Shown here: piece by piece, positions 32,680-46,860 of the stretch
Layout of the letters: the number at the start of each line of letters is the position of its first letter
Numbering within the stretch: the stretch's first letter is position 1
Origin: the human T2T-CHM13v2.0 reference genome, Homo sapiens
DNA length: 64,000 nucleotides
Reading direction: 5' to 3' (one strand)
Assembly (NCBI RefSeq): GCF_009914755.1
Contig: NC_060930.1
Made by a program: the position numbers and the translations under genes
The notes under the pieces: generated by a model
Seen by the model: the letters and a program-made list of their open reading frames with translations, nothing else
What the model was told of the DNA's origin: nothing
Database searches by the model: none

Positions 32680-33371
32680 ACAAGCTGTGCAACACAGTGA
32701 AGGAAGTAAGTCATGTCTTTATCCTCACCAGTGGTCAGTGGGTCAGTTATCCTGCCTAGCACCACCCATGCAAATACACAAGAATTTCCTCTTTGACTGA
32801 CTCACTTGGCGAAGGCGTGGGCAGAACCACACAACTCTTCCACCAAGAATGATGAAGTACATGATTGTGTTTTCATGTGAGCAAGCATTGTGAAGCCAGG
32901 AACTTTCCTCTTCCTCACATTTCAGACCACATGCATTTGTGTTTTGTTTGCTTCCTCATGCAGGAGGCAGCAATTATGGCAGGGGAGAGACAAGAGGAGT
33001 AGCAGAGGCCTTTCAGTGGGTCATCCAGAGAGGCATCTAAAGGTGCCTCTGCTCCAGAACAGTATTTGATGCATATAAAGGACATAGAAATGGCTGACAC
33101 TTGGGTTTAGGTAGTTTCCCTGGTGCGAACCTCAAAAATACCGGCCTGATATGTGGTGAAATCTTGGTCAACCTCAATGCTAATGCTGGAACTGCCTCTT
33201 GCACAGAGATGCTTAACTCGGGGGTCCACAAACGTGAATAGAAGAATTTTATCATTTTTTTCCTTCCAACTAACTTCTGACTGCAATTTAGCATTTTCTT
33301 CAATTCTGAATGTAAGCAACAATTGCCAGTATTAGCACTGTCTGTGACATCACCCATAAAAACCACAGATA

Positions 33372-33503
33372 TTTTTTCTTTCTTTCTTTTCTTTCTTTCT
33401 CTTTCTTTTCTTTTCTTTCTTTCCTTCTTTCTTCCTTTCCTTCTTTCTCTCTCTCTCTTTCTTTAATTCTTCTTTCTTTCCTTTCTTTTTCTTTCTTTCT
33501 TTC
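33372..33503. repeat. Polypyrimidine (TTTC/CTT)n tract
   Basis: About 130 bp of almost pure C/T. Confidence 0.9.
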
Positions 33504-34003
33504 AATTCAAACAATCCTACAGCATTTATTGTCATCTTGTAATGACATAAGGGTAATCCAAACAATGTGAATAAATGTTCATATTGGACAAAGGACATCT
33601 AAAAAACAAAGTGTATCCTTCTCAACAATTTCTCACTTAATTGATCATTTCTAGTTGGAGACACTTTGTAGCAGAGTAATAGTACCTCCTTTTAGCATGA
33701 TCCGACCCAGCTGTCTTCTTGACTTTGTTTTAGAATGAATCTCTTCTGCATCATCTAATACAAGGTTCTTACACTCATCAAAACCAATGATAAAGCTTCC
33801 TGTCCAGATTCACTTGCTCATAGACCCACACCTGAATCCAGGGTCTATTTTGTAAGTATCTGAAGATGAGGTTGATGGGCTGCACCATAACCTTCTGCAC
33901 TTTCTGGCCCTGGCTGTGGTACACCATGGTGGAATTCCACAGAAAGCACACTGACCCACACGCTACCTCAGCCAGCAACTTCTGGAATAAAAAACCGAAA
34001 ATG

Positions 34004-34306
34004 GGCTGGGCATGGTGGCTCACACCTGTAATCTCAGCACTATGGGAGGCCGAGGCAGGCAGATGGCTTGAGGCCAGGAGTTCGAGACCAGCCTGGCCAA
34101 CATGGCGAAACCCCCTCTCTACTAAAATACAAAAAAATAGCTGGTTGTGATGGTTCACGCCTGTAATCCCAGCTACCCAGCTACTTGAGAGTCTGAGGTG
34201 GGAGGATAGTTTGAACCCAGGAGGCAGAGTCTGCAGTGAGCTGAGATCATGCCACGGCACTCCAACCTGAGCAACAGAGTAAGACTCTGTCTCAAAAATA
34301 AATAAA
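34004..34306 (+). mobile_element. Alu (AluJ/S)
   Basis: Full-length sense Alu with imperfect TSD aaaccg(a/g)aa. Confidence 0.93.
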
Positions 34307-34499
34307 CCGGAAGCGGAAGTGTTCAAAACACAGATATTTTCATGTCACTTCAGAGTGGCTACAAATAGCCCATGATGTTATTTGTACTCATCACTACTTA
34401 GAAATGATGTAGCTATTGAACCCACTGCTAGATCTTGGTTTTTAGTGCGGTAATATAGAAGCACTTGTGTATTACAGTTCTCCAGAGGTGGTAAAAAAA

Positions 34500-35050
34500 A
34501 TGTATGTGTACATATATAACTATGTACATGTACATATATGCATATATATACCCACAAATTTTATATTATATATAAAATTTTGTTATATATAATTATATTA
34601 CCTATAATATACTTATATTTTATATTTTATATGCATATGTGCATATATAATAATATATACAATGTAAATACATTATATATTAATTATATAATTATTTTAT
34701 ATATTATATAATTATATATTATATTATATATATAATAATTATATTATATTATATATATAATAATTATATTATATTATATATAATAATTATATTATATTAT
34801 ATATAATAATTATATTATATTATATATAATTATATTATATTATATATAATAATTATATTATATTATATATAATAATATTATATATTATATAATAATTAAT
34901 ATAACATTTATATATTATATAATATATAACATTTATATATTATATAATATATAACATTTATATATTATATAATATATATTACTATAATATAAATGTGTAT
35001 CTATATCTATATCTATATCTATATCTATATCTATATCTAGATATAGATAT
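34500..35050. repeat. Extreme AT-rich (TA)-type tract plus (TATATC)n, ending in a 24-bp perfect palindrome
   Basis: Repeated ataattatattatattatat units. The palindrome ATATCTATATCTAGATATAGATAT is at 35027-35050. Confidence 0.95.
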
Positions 35051-35070
35051 CTGCCCTATCCTGCTTATGC

Positions 35071-35594
35071 AAAGCAACATCCCAGAAGGCAGAACTAGAA
35101 GTTAGGGCAGAGCGGCCAAGGCTGGCAGGCACAGGCTGGAACACAGACCTAAAGTCCCCAGGCTGCACATTCCATTTTTGCTCAATTCCACTCTCCCTTG
35201 GGGTAGCCTCCTGAAAAAGGAAAAAAGATATAGGTGCTGGCGTACTTTCTTGTTGTGTACTCTTCATCCAACAAATACTTGTGGAGCCCTGGCACGGAGG
35301 AGGCGCCTGCGCTGGTTGGTGGGGTAGGAATGATGCAGCATGTCAATTCTTGCTCCCTGGGAGCTCAGTCCAGGGAGGAGAACATCGACATGGGCACTAA
35401 TGACAGTGTGGTGTGATGACTCCACAGGCGGCGAAGTCTATCCCGGGGTTATGGAAGCAGGGAGGCAGGAGGGCCCATTCCTCCTGTTAAATAAGGACTC
35501 CACTTAAAAAAAAACCACGCAAAATGCATTAATGTTAAAATGAAACCCTGTCTAAACTTTGAGTTATTTTCCTTTTTAGGAATTTTATCCTGTA
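35071..35594 (-). repeat. Inverted duplication, right (derived) arm
   Basis: For example, aaagcaacatcccagaaggcagaactagaagttagggcag is the near-exact (2 mismatches) reverse complement of ctgccctaacttctagttctgtcttctgggacgttgcttt. Confidence 0.95.
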
Positions 35595-36049
35595 TACATA
35601 TATATGTGCGTGTGTATTTGTGTTTGTGTGTGTCTGTGTCTGTGTATAAATAAAATAAGGTATTGTCTATCACAATCATGGAGGTCAAGAAGTCCTACAA
35701 CCTGCCATCTTCAAGCTAGAGACTTGGGGAGCCTGGTGGTACAGTTCTGAGAACCAGGGGACCAATGGTGTAAGTTTCCACTGAAGGGTGAAGACAGATG
35801 TCTGTGCTCAACAGTTAGGCACAGCGAGCAAATTCCCCTTTCCTCCAGCTTTTTGTTGTATTCGGTCCCTCAATAGATTGGCTGATGCCCATCTACAATG
35901 CTTTACTGAGGCTGCCATTCAATTCTAACCTCATCTGGAAACACCCTCACAGACATACCCAGAAATCATGTTTAGCCAGCTCTCTGGGCTCCGCATGATG
36001 CCATAAAGTTCACACATAGAATTAATCATCAAACTATATCACAAATTTG

Positions 36050-36366
36050 GTTTTGCTTTTTGTTTGTTTTGTTTTGTTTTTTTGAGACAGGGTCTCACTC
36101 TGCCACCCAGGCTGGAGTGCAGTGGCGTAATCACAGCTCACTGCAGCCTCAAACTTCTGGGCTGAAGTGATCCTACCATCTCAGCCTCCCAAGCAGCTAG
36201 GACTACAGGTGTGCACACCATGCCTGGCTAATTTTTTAAAAAATTTTGTAGAGACGAGGTCTTGCGATGTTGTCGAGGACGGTCTTGAACTCCTGGCCTC
36301 AAGTGATCCTCCTGCTGTGGCTTCCCAAAGTGCTGAGATAACAGGCGTGAGCCACAGCAACTGGCC
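36050..36366 (-). mobile_element. Alu (AluJ)
   Basis: Antisense Alu flanked by TSD-like acaaatttg. Confidence 0.92.
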
Positions 36367-37184
36367 ACAAATTTGTTTTTTTTTTTAATAATTTACATTA
36401 CTTTGTTTTGATTTCATTGGTTTCTTTGTAATTCTATGTATTTTAGACTATGCATATTAAAAACATTATTTTGAGAAAAGATACACAGGCTTCACCAGAC
36501 AGTCAAAGAAGCTCATGGCACCAAAAAAATCTTAAGAACCCCCGTGGAGAACAGGTTTGCCATGTGGCCCCCCAGCCCTTGTTTGGCCACTTCCTTGGTG
36601 GAAACAAATCCTTCTCAAAATCATACATTCTGTTTTATATTCTTTAAATACATTGAAGGGAAGAAGGGGTGAGCTGGCTATCAATTTATTGCCCCTCTGC
36701 TCTAAATGGACTCTTTGTCGCTTACCCACCCTGAAGCCGAGCACTGTGAGTTTCTCCTTTGTGTGTGCATACAGGGCACTGGCGGGACCAATGCAGGAGG
36801 AAGGGGCTTCTCTTCCTAGCACCCAGCACGCTTCCTTTCCTTTCTCATTGCTCCTCCTGCACGGCTACCAGTGACATAGGAGGTGGGCATCCACTGGTAC
36901 TCCCCGAACCAAGCTTCGGTGGCACCCTACAGTTCTTAGTGAGTTCCATATTGCCCTTTCCTGCCTATCAGCCACAGCCCACGGGCACCAGCAGGAGGCT
37001 TTTGGAAGCTTCCTCTGCCAGCCTGAGAGAGGCAGTGGCTGTTTCCTGCCAGCTCAGCCCTGTGACTTGGACCAATTCTGACCTGGGTCAGTTCAGGAAA
37101 CTAATCTATCATCCATCGGGTAGCAGCCACACCTTCCCAGTGAGGCCTGACTAGCAGTTTTGGGGAAGGAGGCTTCTGCAGTTG

Positions 37185-37606
37185 TTTTGTAGGGCTGGTG
37201 TAACAAAGTACCACGCACTGGCTGACTTAAACAACAAAAATGCATTGTCTTCCCATTCTGGAGGCTGCATAACTAAGTAGGAGGTATGGGCAGCGTTAGT
37301 TCCTTCAGAGGGCTGGGAGAGAGACTCTGCTCCTGCTTCTGGGGCTTTGCTGGCAATCTTTGGCATTCCTTGGCTTGTGGAAACATCCCGATCACTGCCT
37401 TCATCTGCACATGGTGTTCTCCCTGTGTGCATGTCTGTGTCCACATTTCCTTCTTCCATAAGGGACACGAGTCACATTGGATCAGGGGCACACCCTGTTC
37501 CCACATGACCTTATCCTAACTTAATTAATTATATCCGTGATGGCTTCACTTCCAAATAAGGTCACCTTCTCAGTAGGACTTCAGTGCATGTATTCTGGGG
37601 GACACA
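37185..37606 (-). mobile_element. MaLR LTR (MLT1B/C-like)
   Basis: tagggctggtgtaacaaagtaccac..ggctgacttaaacaacaaaaat...ttctgggggacaca. Confidence 0.8.
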
Positions 37607-37799
37607 AATCGGCCCCCCTTTGAAGTGTGTTTCTTCCTTCAGGACTCTCAGCCTTAGGCTATTCTTTAGCGGTGTTTTTGACCCCTTCACCGTTGACACC
37701 CTGGTCAGTAGGTGTTGTGTTTTACTCTAATTTGGTCTTGTGGTCTCTCTCAGGAGAGTGGCCACAAACTTTAGCCCTGCCCTTGAAGCGCTCCAGGGA

Positions 37800-38300
37800 A
37801 CTTCATCATGGATGTTTACAGTGAGCCTTTCGTGGAGTACCTCTTTATTCTGGCAGACAACCTAATGCTTAAATGTGTGACCCACGGCCAGGGGTCCCTC
37901 TCACAGAACACCTGTTGATACTGGTAGGTCCCCTTGTGGCTTCTGTCTGACCTGTGTGCAGTTTATTCCCACCAAGATGGCCGCTCTCTAGGAGAGCCCT
38001 GAGCAGGAGAGAAGTCAGGGGAGACACAGAAGAGCAGTTGCACAGAGCCCATGAAGAAACAGAAGCAGTTCATCACATACAGATCGCAGACAAAACAGGG
38101 CAGTGGCACGCTGCCCTGCAGGGCACACTGAAGGGCACACTGCAAGGCCAACAGGAAGAAAGGGGCTCCGTCCATGACATGCAAGCTCAACTAGTGGGTG
38201 GGGCATGAGAGAGAGAGATTGGGATGTGTGGGATGAAGGCTTTATGAGGGTCCAGGGTGGTACCTACACATGTTCTATATGTTCAGGGCCATAGCGATGG
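37800..38300. mobile_element. LTR-derived sequence (MER21/MER39-like)
   Basis: tctgacctgtgtgcagtttattcccaccaagatggccgctctctaggagagccctga resembles the recalled MER21-family sequence. Confidence 0.45.
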
Positions 38301-38405
38301 CTGAGGCCCCCTCTCTAAGAGCTGAAAGTGTGATAGTGGACACTGAGAGGGGAGAAACCTGTGTTAGTTAAGTGCTGTGGGACTGCTTTACCAAGAACGT
38401 GACTC

Positions 38406-38957
38406 TTTTTTTTTTTGAGACAGTCTCACTCTGTTGCCCAAGCTGTAGTGCAGTGGCACAATCTCGACTCACTGCAGCCTCTGCCTTGAAGGCTCAAGAA
38501 ATCCTCCCACATCAGCCTCCCCAGTAACTGGGACTACAGGCTCACAGCACCACACTCAGCTAATTTTTTAATTTTTGGGGGGCCAGATGCGATGTCTCAC
38601 ACCTGTAACCCCAGCACTTTGGGAGGCTGAGGTGGGTAGATTGCTTGAGTCTAGGAGTTTGAGAGCAGCCTGGGCAACATGGTGAGACCTTGTCTCTACT
38701 AAAAATTAAAAAAATTAGCTGAATGTGGTGAAATGCGCCTGTGATCCCAGCTACTTCAGAGGCTGAGATAGGAGGATTACTTGAGCCCAGAGGGGTTGAA
38801 GCCACAGTGAACCATGATTGCACCACTGCGCTCGAGACTGGGCGACAGAGCAAGACCCTGTCTCAAAAAAAAAAAAGTTCATAAAGACAAGGTCTCATTA
38901 TATTGCCCAGGGTGGTCTCAAACTCCTGGATTCAAGCTCATGAGCCACCGTGCCTAG
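38406..38957 (-). mobile_element. Antisense AluJ split by a sense Alu
   Basis: Right arm 38406-38577, left-arm remnant 38881-38957. Confidence 0.85.
38581..38876 (+). mobile_element. Alu (AluJ-like), sense, nested in the middle A-rich region of the previous Alu
   Basis: Full dimer with a poly(A) tail. Confidence 0.92.
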
Positions 38958-39758
38958 TGTGAAGGTAACTCTTAAATCTGACTCTTGAACTCTGAGTCTT
39001 GGAGGAGAACAAACCAGAAAGAGAATGAGGGAAGAACATTCTATACAGATGAAAGAAATGGAACAAAGACATGAAATAAACTGGGCATGGTTTATTAGGA
39101 AAACCCCATTAGGAATGGTTAAAGGAAGCAACGGTGTTAAACCTAGAAAAAAGATCATGTTTCTCAACACGCCGGATTCCCATGTCCTTAAATTGCTTGT
39201 GGGCTGAAACCACGTGCAGTTACAGTAGACCGTTCACGCTCCCAGAATGTCAGAAAGCATGCACAGGCCATGTGTACAGACAGCGACTCCTGCATTAGGA
39301 CTGCCACTTGGGCAGGAGCAGGGCTGAGACCCCCTCAGTTATAAGATGCAGCCTAACTTCTGAGATTTTCAAGTGTCAAAAAACTATACGTCTTAGGGAT
39401 AGTAAAGCAGAATATGCATGGAATGAAAAATTGAGTTGTAAGAAGTCCTACTCTTATGGAAACTCAAGGCAGGGTAATAATAAGAACATGTGCTTTGGAG
39501 TCAGTATGACCTGGGTTCACTTATAGTTAAATATAGCCCCAGTTACTAAACCGAGAGACTCTCAATTTTCTCATCTGTAAAACACAGCTAATTATTACCT
39601 CATGGAACTAAAGGAGATAAAGTGTGTAAATTCACATTTGATATTAAGACCATAGCTGTGAACAGGGAGGAGCAGTAAGGCTATAATGTGGCTCCTTCTA
39701 GGCCATCTTAGACAGAGCAATCCCTAGTCCAAGAATTTCCTATGCAAACACTGAAAAG

Positions 39759-40101
<343 letters not shown>

Positions 40102-40102
40102 T

Positions 40103-40500
40103 CAGTGCTCCCCAAACTTTTTTGACCTTACATGCATTACACAAAGCTTTGAATACATACCACAGATATAGATGCATTTATTTACTGACAAATTTTGTTC
40201 AAGTGTATTACTATACTAATACCTATTATGAAACAAACAAGATTTAAAAGTATGAGATGAAGACAAAATAAACAATAATGAAAATAAATTGTTTTACTTT
40301 ATTAACGGTACCAAAAGCCCTTGATGTATTACCAAATAAAAATGCCATTTTTTCTTGACAGGGCTCTAATTATATATGGATGCATTGTTTCTGAAAATCT
40401 TGATTTACATTTTGTGATTCTGTGATCAAGGGTTTATTTGTGTGCTTGGTTTTAATGGCATTAGGGGCGGAAGTTGATCCTTCACAAAGATGCAAATAGA
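40103..40500 (-). mobile_element. hAT-Charlie transposon remnant
   Basis: TIR-like cagtgctccccaaactttt. The minus strand ~40490-40430 reads LCEG...AIKTKHTNK, similar to the hAT dimerization motif YLCE..FS....IKTK.RN. Confidence 0.55.
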
Positions 40501-43167
40501 AGCGCACCATTGGCTGGGCTTCCTACATTATGATCACAAGCACTTAGCAGGGCCGAATGGTGCCTGAGGGCAATACAGTGATATCCTATGTCCCTAGACT
40601 CGCCAAGAAATGAATAAATACACATAAAATTAGGGTGCATTCATGTGTTCAATGTTCATCCAATCTAATGGTATTAACTCAGTGCGAAGTGGAAATTAAA
40701 ACTTCTCTGGTGGATGTCTTTGCATCTCCCAAATAGATTGACAAATGCGGACATATGAACCTTTGTACTCCCTTAGCCATTGAATATTCTGCTTCACTTC
40801 CACAGAGTAAGCAAGTTGTTGGAAGAAGCAGGCAGGTACTGCAGTGCCCCTCATGGCCTCACCTCTGCAGTTATGCATCATCACCTTCCCCGTATTGAAT
40901 GCACCACCCAGGGCAGCCCTGGCTCAGTATGGGAGGGGTCTGAGCAAGGCACAGACATCCAGGATTGAGGATCTTTGGGGGCCATGGGAGGCTGACTACC
41001 ACAGGAAGCTCCTGATGAAGGTGCCAGAAAAATGGGAGAATAGGCTGAGGGCAAAGAAAATGTAAGAAACTGCCATTGTGATTCAAATAAAAAATATTTC
41101 CTGGAGGACATTTGAATGAATTTGGTCAATAGCTGGCTTTCCTTAGTGATAATTTCAAATCACCCTTATTCCTTTATCCTACAGATATGCTTCAAAAACG
41201 AGATACTAGAACAACAAGCAGGCTTCTGCCTGAATTATCACTTTGAGTTTGATGCAAATGTGTTTGCTTAATGCATGCATAGGTATAACATTCTTAAATA
41301 GAAAACAAACTGCATAAAATTTTAAGGTAAAGCAAAAGAACTCAAGGAAATGACTCCCTTGCTCCACCCTGGCCAAAGCTCCATTTTTCCTTCAGAGACC
41401 TCAGTGGCCCATGCTCCCTCCCTTCTGACTCAGGGACATTTTGCAAAATGCTGAGAAGCAGAGCATGGAGATTGGCCCTTTAAAGACACACCTTGCAATC
41501 CAGAGTGGGGTATGAAAGGCAGTTCACTAGAATGAAGGGTAAAAATAGAGAACGTCTGTGCATATTTAATCTTTATATTAAAAATAAACAAATTGTGACT
41601 AATGTTATATGTAGGGGCCACCACTGACACTATCATTAGGTCAGTTGCCTCATGTCACTGCCAACCCCAAGGAAAGAGTTCCACAACATCGCAGGGCAGG
41701 GGGTGACAGTGTCCCTCATTCATTTGTTCTCTGGTGAGTTTCCAAGGCATTGTTGTTTCTATGTGACCACGGAAGTGGTTTTCAAGATCATATTGCCGAA
41801 TTTCACTGAAAGGATCCTCATGGAATAGACAAGTCAACACTCATCATGCAAGCCCAATGAACAACCAACCAGAAAGTGACACCATGGACAAGTGGTCCCA
41901 GAGTGATTTGTCAACTCTATAATGATATGGTAGAAAAAAAACCGTTTATATTTTATAAGAAGTTGGTCCAAAGAATTCAAAATTATCAAGAAAAGACTCA
42001 AAATAGGCACTCAGATCCATTTTCTGAAACAAAGAACCTTAACCTAGGTGTATAGGGTGCCTTGAGAAATTGGCAATTGGCTGTGTAAAGCTTCCTGGAA
42101 AAGCAAGACATTTTCAAATTGAGTATCTAGAATATGAAAATAGACCTTTATAATCGGTATAATGAACGAGATGACATTTATTTCTAGATTTCTAAATAGT
42201 ATACTTACAGAACTATTTTTGTTAACTGGAACATTATCTATTGATTTTCTGTTATGCTAGATGGAAATTTAGTACTTCTCTATTCCCTACCCTTCTTCCT
42301 TTCTTTCCAATCCCATGGTAGTTATATCCCACTTTTAGCCAAAGCAATAAAGGTACAGGTAATTGACGTTAGTAGGTTCCTGTAAATAACATTGATTGCA
42401 AAACCTAAGTAATACACTATTATCATGTTTTCATTCTTGCAAAATGTTTTGTTTTCCTGAAATTATCATGGTTTTCCTTTCTATATACTGAGACTTAATT
42501 TTTTTTCTGCTTTGGATTATTTAGCTATCAATGGATTTTTGTAAATGCTGAAGAATATCAGATGGTCTATCATTTTATTATTGTTTATATTTCTCTAAAG
42601 ACCCCCCTGTAGTGCCCATTCTCCACATACAGTCTAAACCATTTGCTTTCTGGGCTGCTATATAGTGTTATGCTGTATTATCCTAGGCTGATTGCAGAAC
42701 TAGATGGAAAAGTGGGTTGGAGCAAGACAGTTAAGGGGTTGGTTTGCCACAAAGAGTTTGGATTCCTTTAAGTCACTGGAGAACCATAAGAAGTGATAAG
42801 ATGAAAGTAGTGTTTGACAGTGTCATTGTACCAGAGTAACTGTGGGTCAAGGAGGCTGTGTCTATCCTGAATTTCATGGTTTCAGGCTGCTTTTACCTAC
42901 ACACTGTTCTTCCTTAGAACTGCCATACATACATTTAAGCTATACAAGCAATAATATAGAGTAACTAAGCAAAGGCTGATCCTGAATCTAACTCTTAGGC
43001 ACTTACAATGGGAGGAAAACAATCTCTGATAAAAAGTAATGGATAAGGAATCTTCAATGTCACAGAAATTCAAAGTTCACATCAATGTAAATGTCTAAAT
43101 TTCTTCATACACGTAACACTTTTCAACACTCCATGTCAGGACAGGCATTATTTAAAATGTCAACTTT

Positions 43168-43511
<344 letters not shown>

Positions 43512-45499
43512 TCAGGACCATTCAAAAGACTACTGAGACAACTTGAATTTTACAGGCAAGAGATAGCTGGAGAAAATTTGTTCTGATGGCCACATCACAG
43601 CAGGCAGAACCAGAAGAGCCACCCATGCCACTCTTTGGCCCCCTCAATCTACTTTTGTCCTCTTCTATGTTTTTTTCCATGTATATTACTAAAGCTATAT
43701 TATTGTAAATACCATAATGTCTTATATACTTTATAATTTTCCAATGCTTTCACAAAAATCCTATTAAGCCTTTTGACAGCATATTTGGTAGACAGATAGG
43801 GTCAGCTATGTAATTCCCGTTTTTGCAGGAAAGGAAGCTGGGACTAAAAGAGGCTTAATGGCTCGCTAAGAATTCCATCTGGTTGGCAGCTTCAACAGCT
43901 TGGAGGAGTGGAGTCTTTAACCATAGACAGTTTTATATTTGTCCCCCAAAACTCCTTGTCTTTCTTTCCCATTTCACCCCCAGTTCTTTTGTTCCCTCTC
44001 TTCTTGAACACATCTATACAATGATCTATATTGTTATAGAAGAAATCTGTTGTTTTTGATATTTATGAAGTTTGTTTTCTGTTGTTATTCATTTTAAACA
44101 AACAATATTTTAATAATTATGAAGATTGATACATATAATCATTTAATATTTTAATTAATTTAAACAGAAATTAAGATAGATCATAATTTATATTTTAAAC
44201 ATATGTAATATTTAATAATTTTAATCAAATGATTTTAAATAATTAATAATTTAAAATAATAATTTTTAAAGTAAAGTTATTTTTTTCCTTAATAAGCTCA
44301 TTCTTTTTATGTGTATATGGTTCTTAACTTTCTTCCCCCAACTCTGCCCTGAGATTCATGTGGTTATTGGTGAGGGGAATTCCCACTCCTGAAGCAAAGT
44401 CTAAATGTGTGCCCTTGGACCTCTTGCTCACACGTTCAGCTTTGTGATTCAGAAAACCTGGTACTCATCATTCTGAATGTATACAAGAATTTAGAAATTC
44501 AGGCTGGGCATGGGTTACCTACTTCCCCAAAAGATTCTTTGAATCTACAAAAGCATTTCCCACTGAATTTGTATACATATCAAGCTAATTGTATTTTTAA
44601 TTCAATTCAATTCAGTTGTCATCAATGCAACTTAAGAAAATCACATTTTCTGGGTTCTGGTTTATTCCAGCAGCCTGTGCGGAGCTATGAAGCCTGACCA
44701 CACAGTGGTGCTGACGCCCTTCAAGTGACACGGGGCAGCTCCACAGCGCTGCTCCTGGGGACAGTGTGAAGGAGGCAGCGGCCCTCCAAGCAGCAAGGAG
44801 TTCTGTGGAAATGAGGCAGCGACTTTGTTTGAGCTCTGCCTGCCTTAGGGAAGAATGAGGACGTCACCTCATGATGAAGACAGTCCCAGCAGTAATCCAT
44901 CACCATGTCACCTTCATCTGTTTTGGTTAATGTTTGTTGAGATCCAGGGCATCAGCCCTCCCAACTCACAAGTAAAGAATATCTGTACATGCATAGAAAA
45001 GCGTCCTGAGTGGTGGCTGCCGGACTCCGATTTGACACAGACAATTCTCTGTAGGTGACTGTGCCATGTGGACCTAATCCTGAGTCATAGATTGTCTACC
45101 TGGGGTCAATTTGGCCCATGCACATGTTTTGTTTCACTTGTAGTGTTAACGTTTTGTAAACATTAAGTATCAACATTTTAGAATGAAGAGTCCGGTGTTT
45201 CCATTTCTATTGAAAAATAGGTAAATCTGGCAAGAGCCACCCCAAATTCTTGCAGGGCAGCTGTGAGGCTGGACTGGACATGTGCTCTTCAGTTTCTGTG
45301 GACCCCACTGGCCAGCCTGGCATATTCAGGTCCTGCTTTGACACCACAGGATTAGAGTAAGTGGCTCTTGTCCCAACGTCTTCCCTTAGGGACCTAGTCC
45401 CCTTCTCAGCCCAGGCTGTGTGCTTTGGTCTGCCTTGGAGCACCTGTATGTGTGCTTTTTGGGGGAGGAGTTCAACCACTTCTCTATGATTTGCTTATC

Positions 45500-46860
<1,361 letters not shown>

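Larger units (their letters stand above)
34468..36033 (-). mobile_element. MLT2 (ERVL) LTR with expanded internal TA microsatellite, split by the inverted duplication
   Basis: tgtattacagttctccagag at 34468. Resumes ~35650 (atcatggaggtcaagaagtcctacaacctgccatc) and ends cacatagaattaatcatca. Confidence 0.75.
33761..36544. mobile_element. Old hAT-Charlie-type element hosting nested Alu, MLT2 and the duplication
   Basis: Degenerate TIRs caaggttctta / ttaagaaccccc, and a Charlie-like end ggcttcaccagac..aaag..catggcac..aaaa..ttaagaaccc. Confidence 0.5.

Noticed and set aside
32329-35267. Similar peptides from ORFs 32329-32655 (+) and 35037-35267 (-) suggesting a gene pair
   Set aside because: The similarity simply follows from the inverted DNA duplication, and indels change frame between the copies.
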